Source of the DNA: Octopus vulgaris
Taxonomy: Eukaryota
Length of the DNA: 64,000 nt
Reading direction: 5' to 3'
NCBI GenBank assembly: GCA_951406725.2
Contig: OX597832.1
Span: 11,842,001-11,906,000 of the forward strand
Part shown: positions 28,636-41,499 of the stretch, one piece after another
Layout of the letters: every line of letters begins with the position of its first letter
Position numbering within the stretch: the first letter of the stretch is position 1
The notes under the pieces: generated by a model
Told to the model about the DNA's origin: nothing
Database searches by the model: none
Seen by the model: the letters and a program-made list of their open reading frames with translations, nothing else
Translations under genes and position numbers: made by a program

Positions 28636-29462
28636 GTGTGCATGTGTGTGTGTGTGAAATTTTCTATATGACGCACTTAATTTGTTCAATAACGATTTCT
28701 GTTTATTCTTCCCATGTTCGATTTCTTCTGTAAGATTTGAGAAGAAAGAACAAAGGGAGGGAATTCAGTTTAAACAGAGTGAAAAACTTACGTCGGCAAA
28801 CAATTCTTACAAGTAAAAAGATCTTATATAATTCCAGTCACGTAATTAATACACGTGTGTGCTGCTAACTACAGCGGCTCGAGCTGCTGTCGCTGCTAAC
28901 CACAACCTCCACTACCACTTCTGCTGCTGCTGCTAGTACTATTACTACTACTACTACTACTACTACTACTATTACTGCTACTGCTGCTGCTGCTGCTACT
29001 ACTACTACTATTACTGCTGCTGCTGCTACTACTACTATTACTACTATTTCTACTACTACTACTATTATTGCTGCTGCTGCTACTAATTGTGCTACATCTG
29101 CAAAAGTGCGCGTTCACACGTGTTCACATACATATGTACGCATGCATTGATAATCATGCATTGAATTCGTACATAGATATACGCACACGCACGTACACAC
29201 ACTCACACACACCCGTACATGCTTTCATTCCTTTATTTGCTTTATGTCATTAGACTGTGGCCATGCTGGGGCGTTGCCTCGAGGGATTTTGGTCGAAAGA
29301 AACGACGACCCCGGTAATTAATCGTTTAGTCTTTATACGTTAAATTTCGGGGACGAAAATACAGCACACACGCATATATATATATATATGTGATCTCTTG
29401 AGCACCACCGGCTCAAATATTTTCTCCTCTGTCTTCCCTCCTTGGGATCTTTCCTTCTCCTT

Positions 29463-29497
29463 GTTTCCGACGAAGAGCTCCGCTCGAAACGTTAAAC
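29463..29497 (+). ncRNA. Minimal hammerhead ribozyme-like motif inside a ~210-bp element (29390-29601) flanked by (TA)n
   Basis: gttt-CCGACGA-a-gagc tcc gctc-GAAA-CGTT-aaac. A related copy lies on the minus strand at about 51715-51910, with stem II deleted. Confidence 0.55.
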
Positions 29498-29597
29498 CCT
29501 CCTTCCCTTCTTTCCTGAGCGTCAATAATACTTTAATTGTTCCACGTCCTGCGTTGTTGTGTTTTTTTTCTTTTTTTCTGTGTTTTCTTGTTTGGAT

Positions 29598-29635
<38 letters not shown>

Positions 29636-29782
29636 GAAAAATACAAACTGGGACAAGAACGTAAAACATTTAGAAGACGATACAAAAAAACGGGACGGGA
29701 CATTCGAAGCCTTCAATCATCAGTCAAAAACCGGATCATCCTAGCAATTTCGGCTGATATATATATATATATATATATATGG

Positions 29783-30640
29783 ACGTTCTGAGTTCAAATT
29801 CAGCCAAGGTCGACTTTGCCTTTCATCCTTTTCAATTTCGATAAATTAATTACCAGTTGCTTACTGGGATCGTCCTAATCGACTAGCCCCTCTCTAAAAT
29901 TTTCGGGTTTTGTGCCTAGTGTGGAAAAGATTCCTTCTACGTTTCAAAGCGGCGAGCTGGCAGACACGTTAGGACGCCGGACGAAATGTTTAGCGGTATT
30001 TTGTCTGTCTTTACGATCTGAGATCAAATTTCGCCGAGGTTGAGTTTGCTCTTCATCCTTTCGGTGTCGATAAATTAAGTACGAATTGCATAGTGAAGTC
30101 GAGCTAATCGACTGGCACCCTTCGCCAAAATTCCGGGCCTTGTGTCTAGAGTAGAAAGCAAAATAACATTTATTTCAAATTTTTGCTACAAGGGAAGCTT
30201 ATAGGGTCATGGGGTTGAGACGATTACATCGACCCAAGTATTCAACTAGTACTTATTTTATCGACTCGGAATGGAAGAAAAACAAACTCGACCTTGGCAG
30301 AATTTGAACTCAGAACGTAGCGACGAGCGAAATACTGCTAAACAATTAGACCGGCGCGTTAACGCTTCTGCCAACTGGCCACCACAACATACAACATATT
30401 ACTATCACAATGATTTGCGCAGTAAGGTGGCGAGGTAACAGAATCGTGAGCACACGGATTAAAATACCTGGCAGCATTTCATCTGTCATTACGTTCTGTG
30501 TTCAAACTCCGCCGCAAGTCGACTTCACCTTTCTTCCATCTGGGGTCGATAAAATGAGTACTAATTGAGCAGCACTAGCGTCGATATTCTCGACTTACAT
30601 CCCGCACGAAATTGCTGTCCTTATGTTACAATTTTAAACC
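29783..30640. mobile_element. Cluster of four SINE family B copies (+,+,-,+)
   Basis: Copies at about 29783-29930, 29948-30160, 30175-30385 (minus) and 30425-30640. Other copies lie at about 484-680, 3870-4095, 4150-4355, 22775-22985, 25275-25445, 34685-34870, 38205-38760, 46130-46330, 60036-60240 and 61130-61470. Confidence 0.75.
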
Positions 30641-31141
30641 AATAGCTTGTGCCGCGGCCACTCTGGAGCACCTGGTATATATTGTGTCGTTGTGAGTAAA
30701 GGGCCTGTCATTGGTATACTTTTATTATTCCTTTTTTCCTTCCCTTCTCATCCAGCATGTTTCTGCATTTTATCGGGTTATAGTTTATTCTTTAAACTTG
30801 AAGATGGGTGATTGTTCCATAGAATTCTATTTAGAATACAGTTCAATTTTTGTGGGTGTATACATATACCATCGTGCACCTCACTTATACACGCGTATAC
30901 ATGAGTTTCTCTCTCCCCCTCTCTCTCTATATATATACATATATGTGTGTGTGTGTATGAATATATATGCATATACATGTGAGTGCATAAATATATGTGT
31001 GTGTGTGTCTATATAAGCATGCATATGAAAGTATATGTGGAATAGTTATAGCACATCCGTTTGATATATGCATATATATATATATAGGTACATATCATCT
31101 ATGTGTGTGCATGCGCGTGTACGTATGCGTGTATCTGTGTG

Positions 31142-31182
<41 letters not shown>

Positions 31183-31527
31183 AAATATATGGAAATGCTT
31201 ACGTACACAGATACATATGTACATATCGGCATACATGAATTTACACACATAAAAATAAATATTTATATATAGTGAGATAGCAGTGAGAGACGATGAAGGA
31301 GAAAGAAAGATGGAGAAGATAGAGAGAGCGAGAGATAGATACATAGATAGAGATATGTAGATATATAGAGAGAAAGAGAGAGAAAGAGATAAAGTGTATG
31401 CTGGAGGAAGAGTGAGTGAGAAAAAGCGAGTGAGAATTTTCACATGCCCCTGGCATTGACATTTAATTAAATCATCTTCATTCATGTTCTAAATTTCAAA
31501 GACCCTTCCACCGCCGACGAATCCACC

Positions 31528-31558
<31 letters not shown>

Positions 31559-32603
31559 AAACAACACACATCTATACATACAGAATCTAAACCAACAAGC
31601 TTCGTTATAACAAATAGCATAAAATAATATATACAAATACATGCAATATGAGATGCTTGAAGCGTGTCATCCAAAGTAAATAAAGAAAATAATATTAATA
31701 AATAAATATTTGTATTTAAAGATTAAATTGGCCACTATGGTGAATTACTCGTCTTTTATGGCAAAATGTTCATTGATGTCAATGTGCAAGTTTAGCATCT
31801 GAGTTTGATGAACTGGTAGGTACATACACATATACATACATACATACATCCATATACAGATATTCGTACAAACAAACATACATACAGATATACATATAAA
31901 CATACATATACAGATGTATGCGTGCATACAGCATATAAATGTAAATATATAAGTGCATAGAACATACAAATATATACATACATACATACACATACATGCA
32001 TATATACATATATACACGCATAAAACATACATAAATACATACACACATACACACACACATATATATATATATATATACATACATACATACATACATACAT
32101 TCATACACACACACGCTCTTATACGTATACACATACATTCTTATACTTACGTACATATGCATAGTATATACATACGTAGATATACTAATATATATATATA
32201 GATGTATAAGTATATATATTATTATACATAAAATGATGCATACAGTTGCATAAAATGATGCATACAGATCGGGATTTGCAATGATTCAAATACTAGTCCA
32301 TATATAGACAAGCATGCACAACTACTCGGCCAATTTTGAAATACCAATTAAGGAACCTTGTATCTAGGTTAGAAACCGGGTCCTTCTCCATTGGCAAAAA
32401 GAGAAATATAACTAAATATTGGTTTCCAGTTTTGACATAACCGGTACTTAGTTTATTGATTTCGAAAGAATGAAAGGTAAAATCGATCTTGTGGCCATTT
32501 GACCATGAAGGTAAAGACGAACGAAATGTCGCTAAGCATATTGTCCGGCGAGTTGAAGTTCTTGCCTGATCGCCTAAATATTACATACGTATATGGATGC
32601 CCC

Positions 32604-33099
32604 AGTGGAGGCGCAATGGCCCAGTGGTTAGGGCAGCGGACTCGCGGTCGTAGGATCGCGATTTCGATTCCCAGACCGGTGGATTCATGGAAGTTATCTC
32701 CTCTTCCAGAGAGGGTAGACTAATTATTTGGTAATAATTGAAACCAAGTGAGGAGGGGAGATAATTATTCAGAACCTGTTATACCATTAAATAAAGTGTT
32801 TATTGAGCGAAAACACCGAAAGCTCCACGAGGCTCCGGCAAGGATGGTGGTGATCCCTGCTGAACTCTTTCACCACACATTTCTCTCTCACTCTTACTTC
32901 CTGTTTCTGATGTACCTGTATTTCAAAGGGCCGGCCTTGTCACTCTCTGTGTCACGCTGAATATCCCCGAGAACTGCGTTAAGGGTACACGTGTCTGTGG
33001 AGTGTTCAGTCACTTACACGTTAATTTCACGAGCAGGCTGTTCCGTTGATCGGATCAACCGGGACCCTCGTCGTCGTAAACGATGGAGTGCTTCCATCC
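32604..33099 (+). mobile_element. tRNA-derived SINE family C, full length, with a 117-bp foreign insert
   Basis: Head ggcgcaatggcccagtggttagggcagcggactcgcgg...ttcgattccc (A and B boxes). TSD atggatgcccc at 32593-32603 and 33100-33110. Confidence 0.85.
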
Positions 33100-33821
33100 A
33101 TGGATGCCCCCACCACACCACACACATTCGATCACACGCCCAAACGCATACAAACACCTCAAATACACACTGACACACATACACAAGCACACACGCATAC
33201 ACACATTTATTTTCATATACTGCAACCTAGCATCCCTCTATGAATATGGTTAAAATTTTCAAAATATGCCACAGTAATTTATCAGGTCTGATATGTTGGA
33301 CGTACTAAGCCTTATTAATCAATTAATTAATTAATTACACACGCACATACACACAGACACACACACACTTTATGTAAACTTGAAGCTTATAAGCATTAAG
33401 CTTATAGTAATTAATATTAACACTCAGCACAGTTTCTTTATTTAGCGCGGAATATGTATGTATGTAGGTATGTGTGTGTGTGTGTGTGTGTGTAGTGGAT
33501 TCATGGAAGTTATCTCCTCTTCCAGAGAGGGTAGACTAATTATTTGGTAATAATTGAAACCAAGTGAGGAGGGGAGATAATTATTCAGAACCTGTTATAC
33601 CATTAAATAAAAAGGCATATGAATAAAAACATACGCACTCATAGATAGACAGACACACACACACAATGTTAGCAAGTGTGCGTGTGTGTGTGAAATGTAA
33701 GAAGCTTTTGGACGCTAACTGATGAGAAATTAGCAACATAATGTCCTCTGTTCGGATGTTTCTTCTGTTTCTTTTTTTCATATCTGTTCAAATTTTGAAA
33801 CACATCATATATATATATATA

Positions 33822-34217
33822 TATGCGGTCTGATCAGTAAATATCCGGACTGTTGCCCTAGTGACGAAGCTAACGTACACAGAGTAAAGACGCTTGGCTC
33901 AGATTAACCTTGAATTCTGCTGTGCATGGACACTAGATTTTAACATTCTGGCTCACTTCAGTTATTTATAGCAGTGCTTGGAAGGAATGTGTGTAGCGTG
34001 CGATCGTCGCATTGACCGGGACTAAGAGAGTTTGTTGTAATATTCCTGGCTTTAGGTTAAAGAAAATACTGTTAATTATGATTTTATTCAACATATTCCC
34101 CTCTTAGATTCACACATCTAGTGCAACGACCCTTCGGGTCTTCCAAGCCCTGTAAAAGAACTCGGATGACCTCCAACCACGCCTATCAAGCCAAGAAGTT
34201 TTCAGCTTCTTCTCGTA
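33822..34217. mobile_element. Two adjacent mariner-like fragments
   Basis: 33822 reads ta-tgcggtctgatcagtaaatatccggac, like a mariner TIR. 34040-34217 is the reverse complement of the 61478 element. Confidence 0.5.
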
Positions 34218-35035
34218 TATTATAACCATGTTGCCTTAGGTATACCAACAGATTATTTTCACTGGCCCCACCAGGCCCCACCTTTTCCCCTTGAAGCCTA
34301 TTATAAAGAAAGAACCTCTGGTGAATGATCTCTGATCTGAAATCGCTCACAAGGTTATCTGCAGATTACCCGCTACATATATATTCTATCTTTCTATCTG
34401 TCAACCTGCTGCTGCTGGTGTTGATGTTCACAGCTGTCGCAGAAGTAACCCCTTCCTCCGACGCCAATTCTGCTGCTACTCTCTGCTGCCATCTTCTGCT
34501 CGTATTCTTGTCAAACCCCCTCATCCTCTCGCACTAACGGCGTTATTCTATTGTCTTTCTATTCTATATCCTATACCATAACCATGTTGCCTGAGATACA
34601 CCAGCGTATTATATATTTCGGGACGGTCATTATATCTTTCCAAATAAACACACGCCCTATAAATTCGTTCTTCACTTCTTTGGCCGGGTAAATTGCTCTG
34701 CGGCATTGCGTCCATCTTTACGTTCTGTGTTCCAATTCCGCGGAGGTCGACTTTGCCTTTCTTCCTTTCGCGTTTGAAAAAATAAGTACCAGTTGCGTAA
34801 TGGAGTCGAAGTAATCGACTAGCCCCCTCCCACAAAATTTCAGGACTTCTGCCAATAGTAAAAAGAATTATTATTGTTCTTATTCTATGTCTATTATCTG
34901 AAATCTTTCTTCACACCCCAGTGACCGCTTCAGCCACTCTACATCCTATAACAAGACGAGACACGTGGGATGTAGAGTCGCTGAAAAGGTCACAGCTGTG
35001 TGACGAATAAATAATAATAATAATAATAATAATGA

Positions 35036-35266
35036 TAAGGGATCTTTTCAGCAGGATGAGCTACTCGACCAGAAGAAAATTCAAACTGGGCCCCACTTGC
35101 AAGGTCATGTGCTGTTTATCTTGATATGAGATCACCATGTCGCGGACATATGGTTGTGATGCATGTGCCTGGTGTACCCTTATCAGACGGATAGTCATGA
35201 TGGCTATACTGGGCTTCGTATATTTTACCCCAATGTCACTTTGATGGCATGTACTGCTCTCTCACT

Positions 35267-35270
<4 letters not shown>
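35036..35270. repeat. Non-repetitive ~235-bp insert within a (TAA)n tract, probably a retroelement 3' end
   Basis: Complex sequence with (TAA)n directly on both sides. Confidence 0.45.
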
Positions 35271-35302
<32 letters not shown>

Positions 35303-35569
35303 GTGAAGTACGAATATATCGTGCGTGTGTTTATTTAAAGAAAAAAAAAAGAAATGACCGTCCCGAAATACAATAATATTTGATTCAACACACGATTTCA
35401 CATCAGGAATCTTGCAAAATAGATTCACGAACGTAATTACAAACGTACTTATGTCTAAATAACAATTCCTATTTCTAACTCAGTTACCATCATCCTGACT
35501 ACTGTCGCTCCATCTCAGATTACCTCTTGCCACTGATACTGATCCGCCTGTTGCCTCCACTGCTGCTCT

Positions 35570-35571
35570 CG

Positions 35572-35603
<32 letters not shown>

Positions 35604-35614
35604 GCCGCCACCAT

Positions 35615-35668
<54 letters not shown>

Positions 35669-35678
35669 ACACCACTAT

Positions 35679-35720
<42 letters not shown>

Positions 35721-35722
35721 AA

Positions 35723-35762
<40 letters not shown>

Positions 35763-35771
35763 CACCATTAC

Positions 35772-35804
<33 letters not shown>

Positions 35805-35830
35805 TACCATTACTACTACTACTACTACAC

Positions 35831-35873
<43 letters not shown>

Positions 35874-35880
35874 AACTACC

Positions 35881-35949
<69 letters not shown>

Positions 35950-35950
35950 G
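35570..35950. repeat. (CTA)n/(CCA)n trinucleotide microsatellite
   Basis: Directly visible. Related triplet tracts lie at 720-887 (GGT/GTA), 3410-3605 (AAT) and 28920-29085. Confidence 0.95.
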
Positions 35951-37366
35951 TCAGTGCTGTAACTGCTATTGCTGTTGTTGTTGTTGTTGCTGTTTGATGA
36001 TGATGATGATGATGTTGATGATAACAGCTGTCGCAGAAGAAACCCCTTCCCCCGACGCCACTCCTGCTGCCTGTCTCTGCTGCCATCTTCTGCTCGTATT
36101 TTTGTCAGCTTTCATGGTTGGAGGGCAACCAAATGCTTAGGATTTTTGTGAAAGCACGCGTACATACCTACACACACGATCAATCGTCCTCACAAACACA
36201 CAAATCTAATATATTAAGAATAATCGGGACTGAATGGTAAAGTTTGCTTCCCAACCACATGGTTCCGGGTTCACATGTTTGTTTGTTTTTTGTGTGTATG
36301 TGTGTGTGTGTTCGTTTCTGTGTGTATGTTCCTAATCGGTGTTAGTGTGTTTACGCCCAGCAAAAGAAGAAAAAATAAAGAACGATAAAATAGTTTCGAG
36401 GCTTCAAAAATTAAGTTCTGGGATCGACTAGCTCGTTTAAAAATTCTTCAATCTGATGCCCCAGCATGACCGCAAGTAAAAGCTAAAAGGTGTCGCTCTA
36501 TGCATCTCTGCTTTTAAACTCTGTAACACAACCCACCCAACCTCGCGCACACGCGCACACACACACATGCTTGCGTGTTTGTGTATGTGTGTCTCTGTGT
36601 ATATATATTTATATATATATACATGTATATGTGTGTGCGTGTGTGTGTTTATACACAGACTTACACACGCACCCCCCACACATACACATACGTATAAACA
36701 TCTTTGCAGCAAATTACAGTCATTGCAAACTCCTAACCTTGATAATTTCTAGCGGTAATTTTAGCTAGTAATTTAGTCAACAGACGTCGCAATTTAAATA
36801 TAGTATCCTGGGTCTATAAATAGAGGAGTAGAAATCTTGATTCGTAATCATAGAAGAAAGAGAAGGGTGTTGTAATCAAGGGAGTTAAAGGAATAACAAG
36901 TAAGGTAACTCTTGCTTGATGTAGTTTAAGATGAATTCAACTTCTATCAGTTTCTGAGCATCCTTTTACAAAACGCAAGCCTGTTTAAATTGCAGTTTAC
37001 CCTTTAAATAATGCAAACAAGAGTTATCTCCCTCACATATTCCCTTGACTTAATTTCGTAATCCGTTTTCGGCTACCCTCTTCTTATCTTTCTTTTTCTC
37101 CTCCTCTATTTCTTTTGTAGAATCATAAAAAAAAAATTAAAAAGTACACGCCCCCTTCCTACTACTTTTCCTATTCTAGCGACTCAAATATTTACCAGCA
37201 CTTCAGGCCTGTTTTCTCTCCCTACTTTATACACTGTTTCCTAACAACAAACATTAACCATAGTTTAAAAATATACGTAAGGGATTAAATAATCCAGTAC
37301 CTCGTAAGAGAAGCCCAGTCGTTCATATAACGATTTTGCCATTGGAACACCTGAAAATATTAACAT

Positions 37367-37760
37367 AGTGGCTGTGTGGTAAGTAGCTTGTTTACCAACC
37401 ACATGGTTCCGGGTCCAGTCCCACTGCGTGGCACCTTGGGCAAGTGCCATCTACTATAGCTTCGGGCCGACCAAAGCCTTGTGAGTGGATTTGGTAGACG
37501 GAAACTGAAAGAAGCCCGTCGTATATATGTATACATATATATATATATGTTTGTGTGTCTGTGTTTGTCCCCCTAGCATTGCTTGAGAACCGATGCTGAT
37601 GTGTTTATGTCCCCGTCACTTAGCGGTACAGCAAAAGAGAGCGATAGAATAAGTACTGAGCTTACAAATACTAAGTCCCGGGGTTGAGTTGCTCGATTAA
37701 AGGCGGTGCTCCAGCATGGCAGCAGTCAAATGACTGAAACAAGTAAAAGAGAGTAAGAGT
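37367..37760 (+). mobile_element. SINE family A
   Basis: High similarity to 6384-6810. Confidence 0.85.
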
Positions 37761-38468
37761 ATACCATTTCCATTCTGTCTCGCCCTTGGGCTTTCTTCAT
37801 GAATCTGGACCCCAGCCGGTCATGTATAAAACTAAATCTTTGTGTAAATTCCTAAATCTTTGTGTAACTTGCTGATGGCGCCCTTTTTTTCCTTAAGATC
37901 TTGGTACCATTGACTCAGAAAAATTTCATCCAGTTTTCACAAGTTTTAAATCTATTCTAATCTGGTTGAGTGATAAAAAAATAACCTCCTTAATTGATAA
38001 ATCTTGTAAAGAGTCGGTTTAGTCGTTGACCACTAAACTATGAACAGGTGATACTATATTACTTTCTTACCTGCTGTAGGTTACCAATACACGGCAAAGA
38101 CTTCAGTTATGCAGCACAAGAACCGCGACAAAGCCAAATCTTTTACTCAGACACTCAACCAATTCGAACATTTCTCTGTCACATTTATGTATATAATAAT
38201 ATTGATTACAAATTTTGAGAGAAGGCCAACAGTTTTGGGGAAGGAGGAAAGTCGTTTACATCGATCCCATGGATCCTCTAGTACTTATTCTATCGACCCC
38301 CGAAAGGATGAGATGCAAAGTTGAACTCAGCATAATTTGAACTCAGCGTAAATACGGACAAAATGTCATGAAGCATTTTACCCGTCGTTCTAACGATTCT
38401 ACCAGCTCGTCCTATGTATTTATGTATGTATGTATGTATGTATGTATGTATGTATGTATGTATGTATC

Positions 38469-38537
<69 letters not shown>

Positions 38538-39177
38538 TGTAATATTGATTTCAATCTTTGGCACAAGGCCAGCAGTTTCTAGGGAGAGTTTAAGTCGATT
38601 ACATCGAATCCAGTGCTCTACCAATAACTTATTTTAGCGATCCAGAATTGAGAAAACCCAAAGTCGACCACCGTGGGATCTAAACACAGAACATGAAGAC
38701 GGACGAAATGCTGCTAAGCATTTAGACAGGCTTACTAACAATCTTGTCAACTCATCGCTTTATATACATACTAAAATATTTACTTCTATCAGGGAGAACA
38801 GAGACTGAAATATCCTGTGCACAGAAGGTATATAATTAAGGCAAGTATTAGACTACTTCGAAATGGGTACATACGTCCTTGAGAAGTACTGATATTGAAT
38901 TAGGTCATTTTACCCCCAAGAGTACTGAATATGAAATGTAACTGTATATAACAACAGTCGTTTAACAGTTATTTATCTATATAGTCAGCAGTCAGTCAAG
39001 AAGTTGGTTTGGTAATTAGATAGTAACATATTTGTTATTTGGGAACACAACGGTTTACTGGTAGGAAGATGCTCAAGAAATGATTGGAAGTAGATTATAT
39101 ATATATATATATGTATGTATACATATTTATATATATACATATTTATATATATATATTTATATACATATAATTATATA

Positions 39178-39351
<174 letters not shown>

Positions 39352-39636
39352 GTATATATATGTATATATATATGTATATATATGTATATATATATGTGTG
39401 TGTATATATGTATATATATATATGTGTGTGTATATATGTATATATATATGTGTGTGTATATATGTATATATATATATGTGTGTGTATATATGTATATATA
39501 TATGTGTGTGTATATATATATGTATATATATATGTATATATATATATATATATGTGTGTGTGTATATATGTATATATATATGTGTGTGTGTATATATGTA
39601 TATATATATGTATGTGTGTGTGTGTGTGTGTATACA

Positions 39637-40795
39637 CTTTTATTCTTTTACTTGCTTCAGTCATTTGACTGCGGCCATGATGGAGCAACGCCTTTAGACG
39701 AGCATATCGACTTCAGAACTTATTCTTTGTAAATCCAGTACTTATTCTATCGGTCTGTTTTGCCGAACCGTTAAGTTACGGAGACATAAACATACCAGTA
39801 TCGGTTGACAAGCGATGTTGATGGTGGGCAGGAGCAAACACAAACACGTACACACACATATATACATATACTAGCAGTATCACCCGACGTTGCTCGGGTT
39901 TGTAAGGGAAATAACTATATAAGCATTTTTAGAGAGTTATAGCCAAAAAATAGCCAAAAAATGCATTCAAAATGGAAACAAAAATTGTGGTAATTTTTTT
40001 TAAAAATCGTTGACTCATCGTAGACATTTTTAGAGAGTTACTTCCCTTATATGATAGCGAAAAAAATGCATTAAAATGGAAAAAAAATGATGGTAATTTT
40101 GTTTTTAAATCGTAGACTCATTGTAGACGCGCGCAAATACCCAGAAGGGCTCGATATGAATCACAACTAATACCCAGTTTTGGTTAAACTGCACCGCAAA
40201 ATGTGGGAGTAGTTAGGAATCTAAATCGTTGAGACAGACACACAACTTGACTTTTATATATAAAGACTAGCAGTATCGCCCGGCGTTGCTCGGGTTTGTA
40301 AGGGAAATAACTATATAAGCACTTTTAGAGAGTTATAGCCAAAAAATAGCAAAAAAATGCAGTATAAATGGAAAAAAATGATGGTAATTCTTTTTTAAAT
40401 CGTTGACTCATCGTAGACATTTTTAGAGAGTTACTTCCCTTATATAATAGCGAAAAAATGCATTAAAATGGAAAAAAATTATGGTGATTTTTAAAAAAAA
40501 TCGTAGACTCATCGTAGACGCGCGCTAATACCCAGAAGGGCTCGATATGAATCACGACTATAAGATACCCGGTTTTGGTTAAACTGCACCGCAAAATGTG
40601 GGAGTAGTTAGGAATCTAAATCGTAGGAGACAGACACACAACTTGACTTTTATATATTAAGATATACGATAGGCTTTTTTCAATTTCCAACTACCAAATC
40701 CACTCACAAGGTTTTGGTCCGTCCGAGGATGTTGTAAAAGGTACTTGCCCAAGATGCCACGCAGGGGGCTGTACACAGTCAATGTGGTTGGTAAC
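39637..40795 (-). mobile_element. SINE family A split by the Helitron dimer
   Basis: Tail at 39637-39850 and head at 40665-40795. The Helitron sits in the internal microsatellite. Confidence 0.8.
39871..40662 (-). mobile_element. Non-autonomous Helitron, head-to-tail dimer of two 396-bp units
   Basis: On the minus strand each unit starts 5'-TC and ends with a hairpin (cccgagcaacgccggg) then CTAG-3'. The outer junctions are A|TC and CTAG|T with no TSD. The units are 39871-40266 and 40267-40662. Confidence 0.85.
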
Positions 40796-41451
40796 AGATA
40801 AAATCTTAGATCGTTGTTATATTTACCGGTTTTAAATAGGTAGAATATAGCTTAAGACTATAAGATTTATTAAAGGGAACGCATTGTTGGTATAATCCAT
40901 ATAGATAACTAGACATACTGTCTATATGACTGTATGTATGTATGTATGTATGTATGTATGTATGTATGTATGTATGTATGGGCGGATGAATGGTTTCGCG
41001 CTGGATACAGTTATTATATCTATATATATATATATATATAAGGTATACACATATATAAGTATACATATATATAAGTATACACATATAAATGTATACATAT
41101 ATATATATAAGTATACATATATATATGTATACATATATGTATATTTATATGTTTATATAGGTATATATATGTATATATATATGCATGTTTATATATGTAT
41201 ATATATGTGTTTATATATATCTATATATATATGTATATATATATATATGTGTGTTTATATATATATATATACATATATATATATGTGTATATATATATGT
41301 ATATATATATTTATATATATGTGTATATATCTCTATATATATGTGCGTATATATATGTGTATATATATATCTATATCTATATATATGTGTATATATATGC
41401 GTATATATATATATATATGTGCATATATATATATGTGTATATATATATATA

Positions 41452-41499
<48 letters not shown>

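Noticed and set aside
27887-28689. Long ORFs rich in Y/I/H/T/C/V here and at 13-15, 21, 39, 41, 45.7, 50.6 and 56.2 kb
   Set aside because: These are translations of dinucleotide microsatellites that lack stop codons.
32605-32675. tRNA gene candidates in SINE heads (also 3725-3791)
   Set aside because: A and B boxes are present, but the sequence continues into SINE bodies and lacks a proper acceptor stem.
33713-33733. gctaa-CTGATGA-GAAA-ttagc
   Set aside because: Both core words lie in one hairpin loop, but there is no stem II, stem III or cleavage triplet; likely chance.
35520-36086. Poly-Val/poly-Thr ORFs (also 646-1030 and 3349-3717)
   Set aside because: Trinucleotide repeat artefacts.
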